From: Nitrospirales bacterium
Lineage (GTDB): Bacteria; Nitrospirota; Nitrospiria; Nitrospirales; UBA8639
Assembly: GCA_965203295.1 (NCBI GenBank)
Contig: CBDBCZ010000019.1
Coordinates: 1,888,001 to 1,952,000, forward strand
Reading direction: 5' to 3'
DNA: 64,000 nucleotides
Shown piece after piece: positions 9,771-19,559 of the stretch; within the stretch, counting starts at the first letter, position 1, and each line of letters begins with the position of its first letter. The notes below the pieces were generated by a model. That model was not told the DNA's origin. It searched no databases and saw only the letters and a list, made by a program, of their open reading frames with translations. Position numbers and translations under genes: made by a program.

Positions 9771-10136
9771 CTAGTTTGGTTTCCTAGGATCAATTGGTGC
9801 CATAGAACCCTGGGATCGTTGCGCCAGCAAATCCAAAAGCATAGAAATCCAAATTCCTAGAAATCCTCCCATCGCCGCTCCTGCTCCAGCTCCTACAGTA
9901 ACATTCTCTGGGCCCGAGAGAGCCCAAGCAAGAGCTCCTCCCCCAACTGTTCCGATGAAAATTCCCACAAAAAACCCTTGTCCTCCAATGCACCCAATTC
10001 CAGCTCCAAGAAGAACTCCTAGCACCACAGCCACCGGGAAAAATGCTCCACCCATGAGCACCCCTATTAAGGTGCCTACCGTCCCCATCACTAACGCGCC
10101 CAAAATAATATCAATGACTCTTGATGTTCCCAACAT
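9771..10136 (-). CDS. Small glycine-zipper membrane protein
   Basis: Hydrophobic with repeated GxxxG motifs; co-oriented within the operon. Confidence 0.7.
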   Translation of the reverse strand: MLGTSRVIDIILGALVMGTVGTLIGVLMGGAFFPVAVVLGVLLGAGIGCIGGQGFFVGIFIGTVGGGALAWALSGPENVTVGAGAGAAMGGFLGIWISMLLDLLAQRSQGSMAPIDPRKPN

Positions 10137-10182
10137 CCTTTTACCTTATATTGACGGCATACGAGGACAGGAAACCAAGGGG

Positions 10183-10869
10183 TCAATGGGAAAAGGCGTT
10201 AAGAGGCCCGAAGTCCACTTCAACACCAGGCCCTCCCAATAAGGAGATACCCCAAGCCTTTGGCGCAGGTTCGTGTTGATGAACTTTCTTGAAATCCTCA
10301 TAAGCATTCACACGTTCTTCAATCCATTCGCCAATAAGCGAATCCCCGGATCGGGCTACGATCTCCGTAGCACCAAAAAGGCCACCATCCGTAACCGTGC
10401 CTTTGGTTTTTCTAGAGCTCCATACATACTTGGTTGCAACTGGAATAACCATTAAATCTGTATCCAGAGAAATATAAACGGCAGCAATCAGGTCTGCATC
10501 TTTTGGCACGGCTTTAGCGCGCCATCGCCATGTCACAATGGGATGCTTTCGTGGATCCCAAACAATTCGCTTATAGACTCTTTGTGTTGCTGCCTTTGCT
10601 TCAAGAAATGAGACACCCTCATCCCTTGCGAGAGCATACGTTTTTTTGGCACTGGCTAAGCTCCGTTGAGCTTCCCAACCTTCAGGAAACCCTTCCTGAT
10701 CAGCTTTCTGAAAATCCTCTATAACCAAAGACTCGATGGAACTCCCCTCCTCAGCAAATGTTCCTCCTGCTGCAACACTCAACCCAAGGAAGAGAACGAC
10801 CACGATGAAACAGAGACTCCCCTCTTTTATCCTCAACGTCTCTTTCATGACATCACAATTCCATCTCAT
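10183..10869 (-). CDS. DUF3047-like exported protein
   Basis: Signal peptide; P.VTWRW, AAVYI, KYVWS, W.EE.VN.YEDF motifs typical of DUF3047. Confidence 0.7.
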   Translation of the reverse strand: MRWNCDVMKETLRIKEGSLCFIVVVLFLGLSVAAGGTFAEEGSSIESLVIEDFQKADQEGFPEGWEAQRSLASAKKTYALARDEGVSFLEAKAATQRVYKRIVWDPRKHPIVTWRWRAKAVPKDADLIAAVYISLDTDLMVIPVATKYVWSSRKTKGTVTDGGLFGATEIVARSGDSLIGEWIEERVNAYEDFKKVHQHEPAPKAWGISLLGGPGVEVDFGPLNAFSH

Positions 10870-12761
10870 GCAGATTCCTCTCTTCCAGAGAAGGCTTGGA
10901 CCATTGGACTCTTGTCTGAATGTACAAGGACCTGTTCTTTCGTTACCCGACGATCAAGACTACTTAACCAAAACACGAAAAACACGGAAGCCCAAAACAC
11001 CACCATATTCAATGTGACCATTTTAGCTGCAAATCCTAAAGTAGGAGTAAATGCCCATGGAGACAAATCTGGCATGAGCTCGTTCACATGCCAGCCCAAA
11101 CGTCCAGCCGACCGAATGTACCCCATGAGCCCCATGACCCAAGTAAAGGCTGCTGCCACCCCGAATAATGCGACCATTCCACGAACCGAAATTTTCCCCC
11201 ACCGGATCGGGCCTCTGACAAGCGCGCCTTTCATCATGAGTCGATTGAGCCACAAACCAGCAACCAGGACAGTGGCTGTGGTGATCCCCTGAGGAACAGA
11301 GAGTCCCACTCGAACCTGAGCTGGAATAAAAAACCCATAAATGGCCAACCAGAGGATATTCGCGATCCCCAGAACAAATAGTCCTCCTAAGACGAAGTTT
11401 CCAGCCCGAGCCCAGAGAATTGTCACCACACGATTGGCCCGCCGGTAGAGCAGATAACTCAACGCGGTAAGACATATCATAATATTAATGGCACCATTTT
11501 TTGCGGACATCACGCCAAACTGCCCAATCACGGGATGTTGAGCTGCACCCATGGCCTTCATTTCACTTGGAGACATCGCAATAGTATGGGGAGTAAACCA
11601 CACAAAAAAACAAACCATTAATCCGTAGACAATGACCTTAAAGAAAGGTTGGAAGCGTTCTCCCCCAGTGATCCGATACATAGATTGCCAAATATAATAA
11701 TTGATCCCAAGGAAAAGGACCCCTATCGTCATGGCCTGTACTACAAATAACCAAGACAGAAGCCCACCCATCATCGTAATACCCATCTCCTGGCGAAACT
11801 CAAAAACGGCCCGCATTAGCCAATAACCAGCAAATGGCATCGGAAGGAGCGCACACACCACAACCACGATAAAGACATACCCAACCCAATCATAATAGGC
11901 TTTCTCATCTTCTGACCGTGAGCTCAAAAAACGGTATGCCGCATACGCAACCACCACCGCCCCCCCTGACATAAGATCTGCCAAGAATCGATGCGCATTT
12001 AAAGGATTCCACAAGGGGGAATGCAACAGATTCCACACGTTTCCTAGAAACCGGCCTTCGACATCAACTCCGGAAGGGGCCATCATGAAAGAAGCCCATC
12101 CATTGGCCAAAAGCAACAGAACCACTCCCATGGCATTGGCTAGAATACCGACAGCCATATGGACCCATTTTTGAACGCGTGTCGCTAAGCGATCCCAGCT
12201 ATAATAATACAAAACCAAAAAAAGCGATTCCACGACGAACACCGCAGCATACAATGGCATCATACCTTTAAAGGTTGAGCCCATATACTGCATAAAACCG
12301 GGGTAGAGAGTGATAAACAGGACCAGCATGAAACTCCCAAGGACGGCGGTAAAAGACATAGATAGTAAAGCGACACGAAGTATGTCGCGGGCTAATCCAT
12401 CGTATCGTTTGGCCGATTCTTCTTCACGTCGAGACAACCCCATAAACTCCAAAAAAACGGCAAATAACGGCAGCGCAAGAACAAAACCGCCAAAGTATGT
12501 ATGTTGCTGAGTGACGACCCAAACTAAGAGCCGATTATTGACCAGTTGATATTGTGAATAGGAAGAGGGAACTTCTTCCATAGCTGGTCCCACGGGAGTC
12601 CCCTCTATTTGATAATACACATCCTTGCCGGGCTCCCCACTAATGATAGGTTCTGCACATGCCACTAGCGGTAAGCCAATACTATTGATCATCAGTATAG
12701 GGCTCAGATTCAAAAGCAAGAATGCGAATGCGATTCTAGAGATCCAGCGCCAATTGCCCAT
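10866..12761 (-). CDS. Second cytochrome bd-like oxidase subunit I paralog
   Basis: Collinear with 5201..7165 (QQHTYFGGF, HSPLWNPLNAHR, LPMPFAGYWLMR, FGVMSAKNG, MGLMGYIRS). Start moved to ATG12761, just after the upstream stop. Confidence 0.85.
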   Translation of the reverse strand: MGNWRWISRIAFAFLLLNLSPILMINSIGLPLVACAEPIISGEPGKDVYYQIEGTPVGPAMEEVPSSYSQYQLVNNRLLVWVVTQQHTYFGGFVLALPLFAVFLEFMGLSRREEESAKRYDGLARDILRVALLSMSFTAVLGSFMLVLFITLYPGFMQYMGSTFKGMMPLYAAVFVVESLFLVLYYYSWDRLATRVQKWVHMAVGILANAMGVVLLLLANGWASFMMAPSGVDVEGRFLGNVWNLLHSPLWNPLNAHRFLADLMSGGAVVVAYAAYRFLSSRSEDEKAYYDWVGYVFIVVVVCALLPMPFAGYWLMRAVFEFRQEMGITMMGGLLSWLFVVQAMTIGVLFLGINYYIWQSMYRITGGERFQPFFKVIVYGLMVCFFVWFTPHTIAMSPSEMKAMGAAQHPVIGQFGVMSAKNGAINIMICLTALSYLLYRRANRVVTILWARAGNFVLGGLFVLGIANILWLAIYGFFIPAQVRVGLSVPQGITTATVLVAGLWLNRLMMKGALVRGPIRWGKISVRGMVALFGVAAAFTWVMGLMGYIRSAGRLGWHVNELMPDLSPWAFTPTLGFAAKMVTLNMVVFWASVFFVFWLSSLDRRVTKEQVLVHSDKSPMVQAFSGREESA

Positions 12762-12765
12762 TGAC

Positions 12766-13845
12766 TTAAACACAATTTCCTTCTGATGAACCTGTCGCTG
12801 TCTGAGTCGAAACAAGTCCCGACTTGACAACACCAACTTTGGTCAACATCTCCATGACGAAAGGGCATGCCTTCAGATTTTCTGGAATGTCTTGTTGATC
12901 CTGACATTCTACAAATTTACGATTGCCTAAATAGTAACAATAGGCCGTTAATAACCCAGTCGTTATCCCTCCGATACAAACCTGAACAAAACCCTGGGAA
13001 AGGTCAAGTTGAAAGACATAGGTGACGATACCAACCTGGACTAAATAATACGTCACGGCAAAAGTCAGACATGGCCAAATCCAAAACCGCCCTAACTCAA
13101 ACCACCCCGCATGCTGAAAACGATCCGACCAATGTTCCTGCTGACGTTCACCAGCTAAAAACGCCCCATACGCGAAGCAGGCCGCCATGGTTCCCACCAC
13201 AAGAGGACCGATCCATTCTAACTGGGTAAAAGTGTGAAAGAGAGACATGACGAGAGAAGTCGAAATTCCTATGATGGTCCCAACCAAGGCCCACCACCTT
13301 ATGGGGGTGTGGTTCATTTTGACCATTTGCCAAAACGCCTTTCCATCGGGAAATGTCATGACAGACTCCCCACCCTTTTCAAGCCGGCGTAAATGGCCAA
13401 TTTCAAATGCGTCACGCGTCACAGCCGTACAGGCTATAATCAATGCCATCATAGCTGGTCCTTCTGGATGAAGGAGAAAATCATAGTTGACGAAGAGTTT
13501 TAGCAACGCCAAGACCAAGAGAGACAGCAAGATTCCATACCCCAATCCTACCCATCCTACCAACCATCTGAGTCGAGCGAACCCATCCTCATGAACTGCA
13601 GTTTGAAGCGATACTCCACGCCCCACACGATAGGCCCACAAAGCTGAAAGAGAAGAAAGCCCTCCGCTCAACAGAAGCAAGAGCACTGGGGAAGAGAGTG
13701 GGAAAACTCCTTTCAGGAGTCGGTAGATGCCAAAAGCGACCAAGCCAGGGACCAACATGGTCAATCGTTTCCGTCGCCGAACTGATTTCTCGGTCACGAG
13801 GGCATTGAGTTTAGGCAGAATGCGAAGGGAGAGTCGATGAAGCAT
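12766..13845 (-). CDS. Conserved hypothetical multi-pass membrane protein
   Basis: 359-aa ORF with many TM segments, C-terminal ACPF; operon-coupled. Confidence 0.75.
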   Translation of the reverse strand: MLHRLSLRILPKLNALVTEKSVRRRKRLTMLVPGLVAFGIYRLLKGVFPLSSPVLLLLLSGGLSSLSALWAYRVGRGVSLQTAVHEDGFARLRWLVGWVGLGYGILLSLLVLALLKLFVNYDFLLHPEGPAMMALIIACTAVTRDAFEIGHLRRLEKGGESVMTFPDGKAFWQMVKMNHTPIRWWALVGTIIGISTSLVMSLFHTFTQLEWIGPLVVGTMAACFAYGAFLAGERQQEHWSDRFQHAGWFELGRFWIWPCLTFAVTYYLVQVGIVTYVFQLDLSQGFVQVCIGGITTGLLTAYCYYLGNRKFVECQDQQDIPENLKACPFVMEMLTKVGVVKSGLVSTQTATGSSEGNCV

Positions 13846-13924
13846 CAGAACCCGTTATGCCAAAATTGAGTGGATCAACTGAACAAACTCTGAGAGAGTG
13901 TCCGGACCGTTCACTTCCAAATGA

Positions 13925-14419
13925 TTATTTCGCTGAAGCGGCCATACCAAAATACCGAGCTTTCACTTCTTCCATTAAAGAAACCGTAACCTCTGACATC
14001 CCACGATCAATTGCGGTTCGTTCTAGCTCAACACGTGCCAGAGCCCTAATGACGGATGGGACCCTTGCCAGCCGACTTTCTGCCTCAGCATTCCACTCAA
14101 CGGCCCCATGGTTTTGAGCTTCTGTGTAGGTCCCGAACGAAATCAGGCTCACGTCTTTATTTCGTGCATACTGCTCAACCTCCTTCCGAACCAAAGGCTC
14201 TACATAAGGGGGCAACCGATCAAGAGCATGGAGCGCTTCGTCTGTCCACACCACTTGACAGGCAAAGGTGGCTGCTTCCTTTGGATCGACCTCAATACCC
14301 AGTCGCAGATCACAGGGAAGGCATTCATACTGCACGAAACATGTCGCGTCCTCATACTCCTCAACCCTTTGGACGACCAAGGATTGGCCACAAACACAAT
14401 GGATCATGCCTCTACCCAA
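13925..14419 (-). CDS. PCP_red (BchB/ChlB C-terminal-like) tandem-domain protein with N-terminal Cys motifs
   Basis: Two W-x-x-EA...L.R.P..V repeats (WTDEALHALDRLPPYV; WNAEAESRLARVPSVI); HCVCG and ECLPC. Confidence 0.8.
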   Translation of the reverse strand: MGRGMIHCVCGQSLVVQRVEEYEDATCFVQYECLPCDLRLGIEVDPKEAATFACQVVWTDEALHALDRLPPYVEPLVRKEVEQYARNKDVSLISFGTYTEAQNHGAVEWNAEAESRLARVPSVIRALARVELERTAIDRGMSEVTVSLMEEVKARYFGMAASAK

Positions 14420-15128
14420 CTTTTCCCGGATACAGAATGTATAACATGATATACGTGACGGTCCCGGTCACAAACAACACGCAGTAAAGGGCCATAGTAA
14501 ATCGGCCAAGCACCCGATGCCGCCGTTCCCCATTCGGCCAAATGCGCTGAATCGTTATTTCAACGCCAAACACGATCGCAATCAAAATCAGCAATCCCAA
14601 GTACACACTGAGTTTACCCAAGGAAAACCCGGCTGTGACAACGCGTGATAAAAACAAAAGGAGTACGACCGTTGTCACGCCACCCAAGATCATCACAATT
14701 CGCTTCCATGTCGTTTGCAGGAGAGCATCCTTAAGCATGCGTTTACCATCAATAAACATCTGCGTACGGAAGCCCAGGACAATCATATAAATCGCCATGA
14801 TGAGGCCAATGATGACGAGAATAATATGGAAAGTCAGCAAAGGAACAAACACATTGTCGTAAAGAGCTTGAGGCCCTCCGAACCCTTCCTTACCCTCAAA
14901 AGCCAACACCCCAAGTTGGCGAAACAAATAGTAGCTGGTGAAAAACGCCAACATGGCGACCATTCCTCCCAGCATAAACCAATGATGCCCCGTCGACCTC
15001 CCTTTTCTGGCTTGAAACCACCCCACCACAAACAACGCAGTAAAAAAGGTGGCCATAAATTGGCTAATGTCTGCGCCCATCGTTGCGTGCGTTCCAACAA
15101 ACCCAGGGTCTTTTAACCATTCAGCCAC
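14412..15128 (-). CDS. DUF420 (CtaM/YozB-like) membrane protein
   Basis: HHWFML, FFTSYY, EGFGGP, LLTFHIIL, HRVLGRFTM..TG..TY motifs; GTG start overlapping the upstream stop. Confidence 0.8.
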   Translation of the reverse strand: MAEWLKDPGFVGTHATMGADISQFMATFFTALFVVGWFQARKGRSTGHHWFMLGGMVAMLAFFTSYYLFRQLGVLAFEGKEGFGGPQALYDNVFVPLLTFHIILVIIGLIMAIYMIVLGFRTQMFIDGKRMLKDALLQTTWKRIVMILGGVTTVVLLLFLSRVVTAGFSLGKLSVYLGLLILIAIVFGVEITIQRIWPNGERRHRVLGRFTMALYCVLFVTGTVTYIMLYILYPGKVG

Positions 15129-16128
15129 TGGCTTTTCCCTCAACGGATCCGAGTCGACTGCCTTCCAATACGGCGTTGGGTTCTATTTCCGTTATAGAAT
15201 TGAAGCCAGCCTCTTCCATCCATTTCCTTGTTTCTTCCACTGTAAAACATTCCCCTTGTTCGGTGTTGATCATGATGTGGACCGCAAAGGCAGTGGTCCA
15301 CGCAGGACTCGTCCCCATAGAATCAAGGAACCGGTCTTTGATGACAAGTCGCCCACCGTCATCAAGATGATCAAAGACTTTCTTGACCAATGCAGCATTG
15401 GTTTCAGCGTTTTGATAGTGAAGGATATCAGACATGAGTGCCAGGTCATAGGCACCGGAAAAAGAATCGACATGAAAATCGCCTGCAACTAAACGGATCC
15501 GTCCCTCCAACCCTGCTTCCTGTACGGCTCGTTGGGTCACCTTGAGAGTTTGCGGCAAATCAAACACCGTGGCAGTCAGCTCAGGATACTCTTGGCAAAA
15601 CGCGATGGCGTTCGTGCCAGCTCCTCCTCCCACATCGAGGACACGTCGAGCCCCATTGAGATTCAGCCGCTTGGCAAGGGTGGGGCCACTCCCCTGTCCA
15701 ATCCGATGAAGGACCGCCAACACATTGGCCCCCATTTCGGGATCCGTCTCAAACACATGTTGGCTCACGGGCGAACGGCCTGTACGAATGGTTTCTTCTA
15801 ATTTACCCCAATTTTCCCATTCGGCATCATGGAGAAGTAACAGGTGCCCGAAATATTCTTTAGATGATCGCACCAAATGTTTTTCCGATACGGTGGTATT
15901 GGAATACCGATCCCCTTCCTTCACTAACACCCTCATTACCACAAGAGCATTCAACAAAAGAGTGAGGGGCCGCTGGTAAACTTGTAGGCGTTCGGCAATT
16001 TCAGCAGCCGAGAAAGCTGCTCCGCCTAGAGCGGAAAACACATCGAGTTTGGCGGCTGTCAGAAGAATTTTAGTTTCCCAGTAGTATCCAAGCTGGAAAA
16101 CCTCCGCGAGTGAAAGTTCTCGTAACAC
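15121..16128 (-). CDS. SAM-dependent O-methyltransferase (dimerisation + Methyltransf_2)
   Basis: VLDVGGGAG, VFDLP, AGDF, SDILH motifs. Confidence 0.9.
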   Translation of the reverse strand: MLRELSLAEVFQLGYYWETKILLTAAKLDVFSALGGAAFSAAEIAERLQVYQRPLTLLLNALVVMRVLVKEGDRYSNTTVSEKHLVRSSKEYFGHLLLLHDAEWENWGKLEETIRTGRSPVSQHVFETDPEMGANVLAVLHRIGQGSGPTLAKRLNLNGARRVLDVGGGAGTNAIAFCQEYPELTATVFDLPQTLKVTQRAVQEAGLEGRIRLVAGDFHVDSFSGAYDLALMSDILHYQNAETNAALVKKVFDHLDDGGRLVIKDRFLDSMGTSPAWTTAFAVHIMINTEQGECFTVEETRKWMEEAGFNSITEIEPNAVLEGSRLGSVEGKASG

Positions 16129-16243
16129 TTAAACTCTCAATATTACAGAATTTTCTCCTCGACCTTGTACAGAAAATTTGATCTTAACGAGGTCCAAGAT
16201 CTAAACGCAAGTTAGGAGGAATGATCTTTACAGAACTTTGGCC

Positions 16244-16280
16244 AAAAAAAAGGCAGCGGCTCAAAGAGCACAATGCCTTT
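16244..16280 (-). terminator. Probable rho-independent terminator
   Basis: Imperfect GGCA..GCTC-TTT-GAGC..TGCC hairpin followed by a T run on the minus strand. Confidence 0.5.
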
Positions 16281-16325
16281 TCATTTTGGTATTCAGAAAA
16301 CTGAACGTCTAAATAAAATTCTGAG

Positions 16326-17144
16326 TTACTTTATCTCATGGTTCGCTTCAACCGTTCCACCATCTTTCACATCAACCTCAATTACAATGGCTTTTTTACC
16401 TTTGTGGGTATTTGCCGCAACAACAGGATGCCAGATTAACAGTTTATGCTTTCCGGCCGGGACATCCTTGATTTCAAAAGTCCCATCGGCGCCAGACCTC
16501 GCGTAATGAGGATTACTCACAGGGAGGTACCAGCCCTGCATAAATTCATGTTGATCACATTGGAGCCGCATGACTGACCCTTTCTTCGCCATTCGCATTT
16601 TGATGGTTTTTTTCAAGCTGTCGCCTTTTTTGGCTAACCCAATGTTAAAAAGCGTAGAGCTTTTTGCCCCCAACTTATCAAAGCTATGTGGGTTGTGAAG
16701 CACCCCTTCTTTGGATTTGGGATCATCAGGATCTGCATCAGTATTTTCGACATAGAATTTGCCTTTGTTCGCAAGCACTCCGGTAAAGGGAAGGAATTCG
16801 CAGAGCTTAGCAATGACCTCCTGCGGTGATTCTTTCTTGAATCCTTTGGTCCAAGCCTTATCTTTTATATCTGATACATACACAATGACGTTTTTGAGGC
16901 CTTTGCTCCTGTCCACTTCAACCTCCTTTAAGAGACGGGTTTCACCATCAGCGCTCTTACTGGAATTTTTTTTGCAAAACTCAACATTCGGGAACTTCGA
17001 AAAGGCAAATTCTTTGGGAGCAGGAACCTTTCCAGAAAAGGTGACCTTTCCTTTAATGGTCCCGCCTGCCTGAGCAATCAGCGGGGCTGCGACCAAAGCA
17101 CCCCCTACGAGAAGAGACAAAGATAGGGATTGCCGAACTCTCAT
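16326..17144 (-). CDS. Exported carboxypeptidase-regulatory-like/cupredoxin-like protein
   Basis: Signal peptide, GTIKGKVTF, HNPH and CDQHEFM (type-1 Cu-like), DGTFEIKDVPAG.H.L.IWHP; SD AGGAGG. Confidence 0.8.
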   Translation of the reverse strand: MRVRQSLSLSLLVGGALVAAPLIAQAGGTIKGKVTFSGKVPAPKEFAFSKFPNVEFCKKNSSKSADGETRLLKEVEVDRSKGLKNVIVYVSDIKDKAWTKGFKKESPQEVIAKLCEFLPFTGVLANKGKFYVENTDADPDDPKSKEGVLHNPHSFDKLGAKSSTLFNIGLAKKGDSLKKTIKMRMAKKGSVMRLQCDQHEFMQGWYLPVSNPHYARSGADGTFEIKDVPAGKHKLLIWHPVVAANTHKGKKAIVIEVDVKDGGTVEANHEIK

Positions 17145-17311
17145 AATCCTTCCTCCTAATTGAGAATAAATATTGACCTACAGAGGGTGGAGTAGAAAAC
17201 AGCGACTTCCAAACAATATCTTTTAATATCTTTCTTTCTCGCCTCAAACACCCTTCTTAGCATTTACCCATATGGGGAAGACGCATTACATCTCACTTTT
17301 AAACCTACTTT

Positions 17312-17342
17312 TTATATAACAAGAAGGTTTTGTGGGTGTCAA
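17312..17342 (-). promoter_or_regulatory. Possible sigma70 promoter
   Basis: TTGACA about 18 nt upstream of TGnTATATA on the minus strand. Confidence 0.4.
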
Positions 17343-17497
17343 GTCAATAGAGGGGCACATTAGAAATCTTTAGAAAGAGAGCGCAAACAATGATTTATAA
17401 GCTCCCCTTATTCTATTTTCAAATAGATCAATGGCTTATGTCGCGTGACTCAAAAATACTGGAGAAACTTGGACGACAAAAAGAAATGAAATCCCGC

Positions 17498-18874
17498 TCA
17501 ATATTTAGATTGTGAGACAAACTGTTGAGAAAGGATCCGACCCAGGGCACCACCTGCGGTGGCACGCACAGCTTCATTCTTATCCTTCAAGGCCGTTTTC
17601 AATAAAGGAGTCACCTCCCTACCCCCTACACGACCTAATGACCGGACGGCCGAAATGCGGGGTTTGGGGACTGAATCTTGGAGCAATAACGCAAGGGGCC
17701 CAACCACATCACGGCTTCGTCCATTTGCAAGGGCACGAGCCACACTTGATCGTTCGCCTGGATTACGACTTTGCATTAACCCCGTCACAGTTTTGGCTAC
17801 CATACTGTAAGGACTATTCAGACGTAATAGAGCATCGACAGCCGCCGCTCGGACTCCAGAATTGGGATCCTTCAAAGCTCTGGTCAACGCAGGGACGGCC
17901 TTTTCGGCTTTGAGCTTTCCCAGGGTCACAGCCGCCACACTCCGTACAGCAGGTATGGGTTCTGATAAAATAGGAATCAGGACAGGAACCGCATCAGGCA
18001 TAGCTAGTTTCCCAAGAGAAGCAATGGCCGCAGCCCGAATGGAGGGTTGCCGATCCTCAAGCCTCCTTTTTAAGATTGGGAAAGCTCGAGAATCTCCTAT
18101 TTCTCCTAGCATTTTGAGAGCAGCTCCACGCTCATACCCTTCCTCAACCTTCGCAGCCCTTTCAATTTTTTTCCAATATTGAGATTCCCCCAACATCACG
18201 AGGGCTCCAGCAGCAGTAACTTGAACCACCACTTCCTTATCCTTTAACGCTGCTTTAATCACAGGAATAAAACTTTTGTCACCGGATCGGCCCAATCCCT
18301 TTAAGACCGCCGCCCGGACAAGACCAGCCTGATCCTTTAGGGCTTGTTGAAATCGTTTAGATCGCACACCAGCCGGAAATTTGCCCAATCCTTCGGCAAC
18401 AAGTGCCAGGACCATTCCGGTCCCATCACTGAGCCCATCCTCAAAATAGGGAACGACATCGTCGGAATGAATTTCTTTCAGAGCGGTATAAGCCGCTCCT
18501 CGGACTTGCTCACGCATGTCACTACGAAATGGAAGAATGCTGTTGATGGCGAGTTCCCGCAGTAACAGCTCATCCTCCCGACCTAATTCTTTTCTATACT
18601 GCTCATATTCAGTGACCCCTTCTTGCGTTTTCCCAATATTGACAAGACTCAAAATTTTCATCCTGCGAAGTTCTGCTGATTGGGGTTGGGCATCGAGAAG
18701 AGGCTTTAGTAATTCCAGCGTTCCGATGTACTCTCCGTTGGCAAAAGTCTCTTGGACCTTGGAACGTGGCTCCTTTGATGAGGATTGGGTCGTCTCCCCA
18801 ATAGCCACACTCCACAAGAGAAGAGAGGCAGAAACAAAACCAACTATTAAACGTAAAATGGGAAAAAAACTCAT
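17498..18874 (-). CDS. Exported HEAT/PBS-lyase repeat protein
   Basis: Repeated L.D....VR.AA..ALG units; signal peptide. Confidence 0.9.
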   Translation of the reverse strand: MSFFPILRLIVGFVSASLLLWSVAIGETTQSSSKEPRSKVQETFANGEYIGTLELLKPLLDAQPQSAELRRMKILSLVNIGKTQEGVTEYEQYRKELGREDELLLRELAINSILPFRSDMREQVRGAAYTALKEIHSDDVVPYFEDGLSDGTGMVLALVAEGLGKFPAGVRSKRFQQALKDQAGLVRAAVLKGLGRSGDKSFIPVIKAALKDKEVVVQVTAAGALVMLGESQYWKKIERAAKVEEGYERGAALKMLGEIGDSRAFPILKRRLEDRQPSIRAAAIASLGKLAMPDAVPVLIPILSEPIPAVRSVAAVTLGKLKAEKAVPALTRALKDPNSGVRAAAVDALLRLNSPYSMVAKTVTGLMQSRNPGERSSVARALANGRSRDVVGPLALLLQDSVPKPRISAVRSLGRVGGREVTPLLKTALKDKNEAVRATAGGALGRILSQQFVSQSKY

Positions 18875-18888
18875 AACCTCTTCCCCCT

Positions 18889-19557
18889 TTATCCAGCCCG
18901 CGGTTCTATCCCTTGAGCGTCCAACTTTTTATATCCAAGGGGTGTTTCAAAGTAGTAGTCCGGCTGTTTTGAATTGACAATATGTTCATATACCACGGAC
19001 CAGTCCCGGTCTTGGCTCAAGAGTTTCAGTAAGAGACCTCGCTCAGCATCCACCCATTCATAGTATTTTTCCGTTTGACTATCTCGAGAGACTACGACTT
19101 CAAATAATTCTGCGGGTCGTCCGCCGGCCATCGATTCACCGATTAAGGTTCGGCTAGTTTCCCCATCAAGTCTAACCGAAAATGGGAGCAGAACCTCAAC
19201 GGTCAATGGGACGGAAACCACCAAACGACGTTTAGAAAGCACATACCACACCTTTTGTTCATCAAGTCGTACAATCATGACACCAGCATACCCAAGGTCA
19301 GTTTTTATCCCTCCAAAATGTTCAATTCGGTACCGATCTTTTTTGACGAACAGTTGTGCTCTTGAAGTTTTTCCATCAACTCGCCATGTCAACCTAGCTG
19401 AAAACTCATATTCAGTGTTGTCCTTGGCAATAGAGGAATCAGAGGAATAGGCAGTAGAAGCCAGAGTGAATTCAAATAGGGAAGAAAGAGAAACGGCAAG
19501 AATAACCCAACGGGATGACAAATGAAGTTCCCTAAGCAAGGGACAAACCCAAACCAT
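18889..19557 (-). CDS. Exported hypothetical protein (DUF4412/LolA-like fold possible)
   Basis: Signal-like N-terminus, RYRIE, C-terminal FETPLGYKK. Confidence 0.65.
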   Translation of the reverse strand: MVWVCPLLRELHLSSRWVILAVSLSSLFEFTLASTAYSSDSSIAKDNTEYEFSARLTWRVDGKTSRAQLFVKKDRYRIEHFGGIKTDLGYAGVMIVRLDEQKVWYVLSKRRLVVSVPLTVEVLLPFSVRLDGETSRTLIGESMAGGRPAELFEVVVSRDSQTEKYYEWVDAERGLLLKLLSQDRDWSVVYEHIVNSKQPDYYFETPLGYKKLDAQGIEPRAG

Positions 19558-19559
19558 AG

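Noticed and set aside
13925..14419. Photosynthesis gene (bchB/chlB)
   Set aside because: Only the small C-terminal domain is present, with no nitrogenase-like domain or other bch genes
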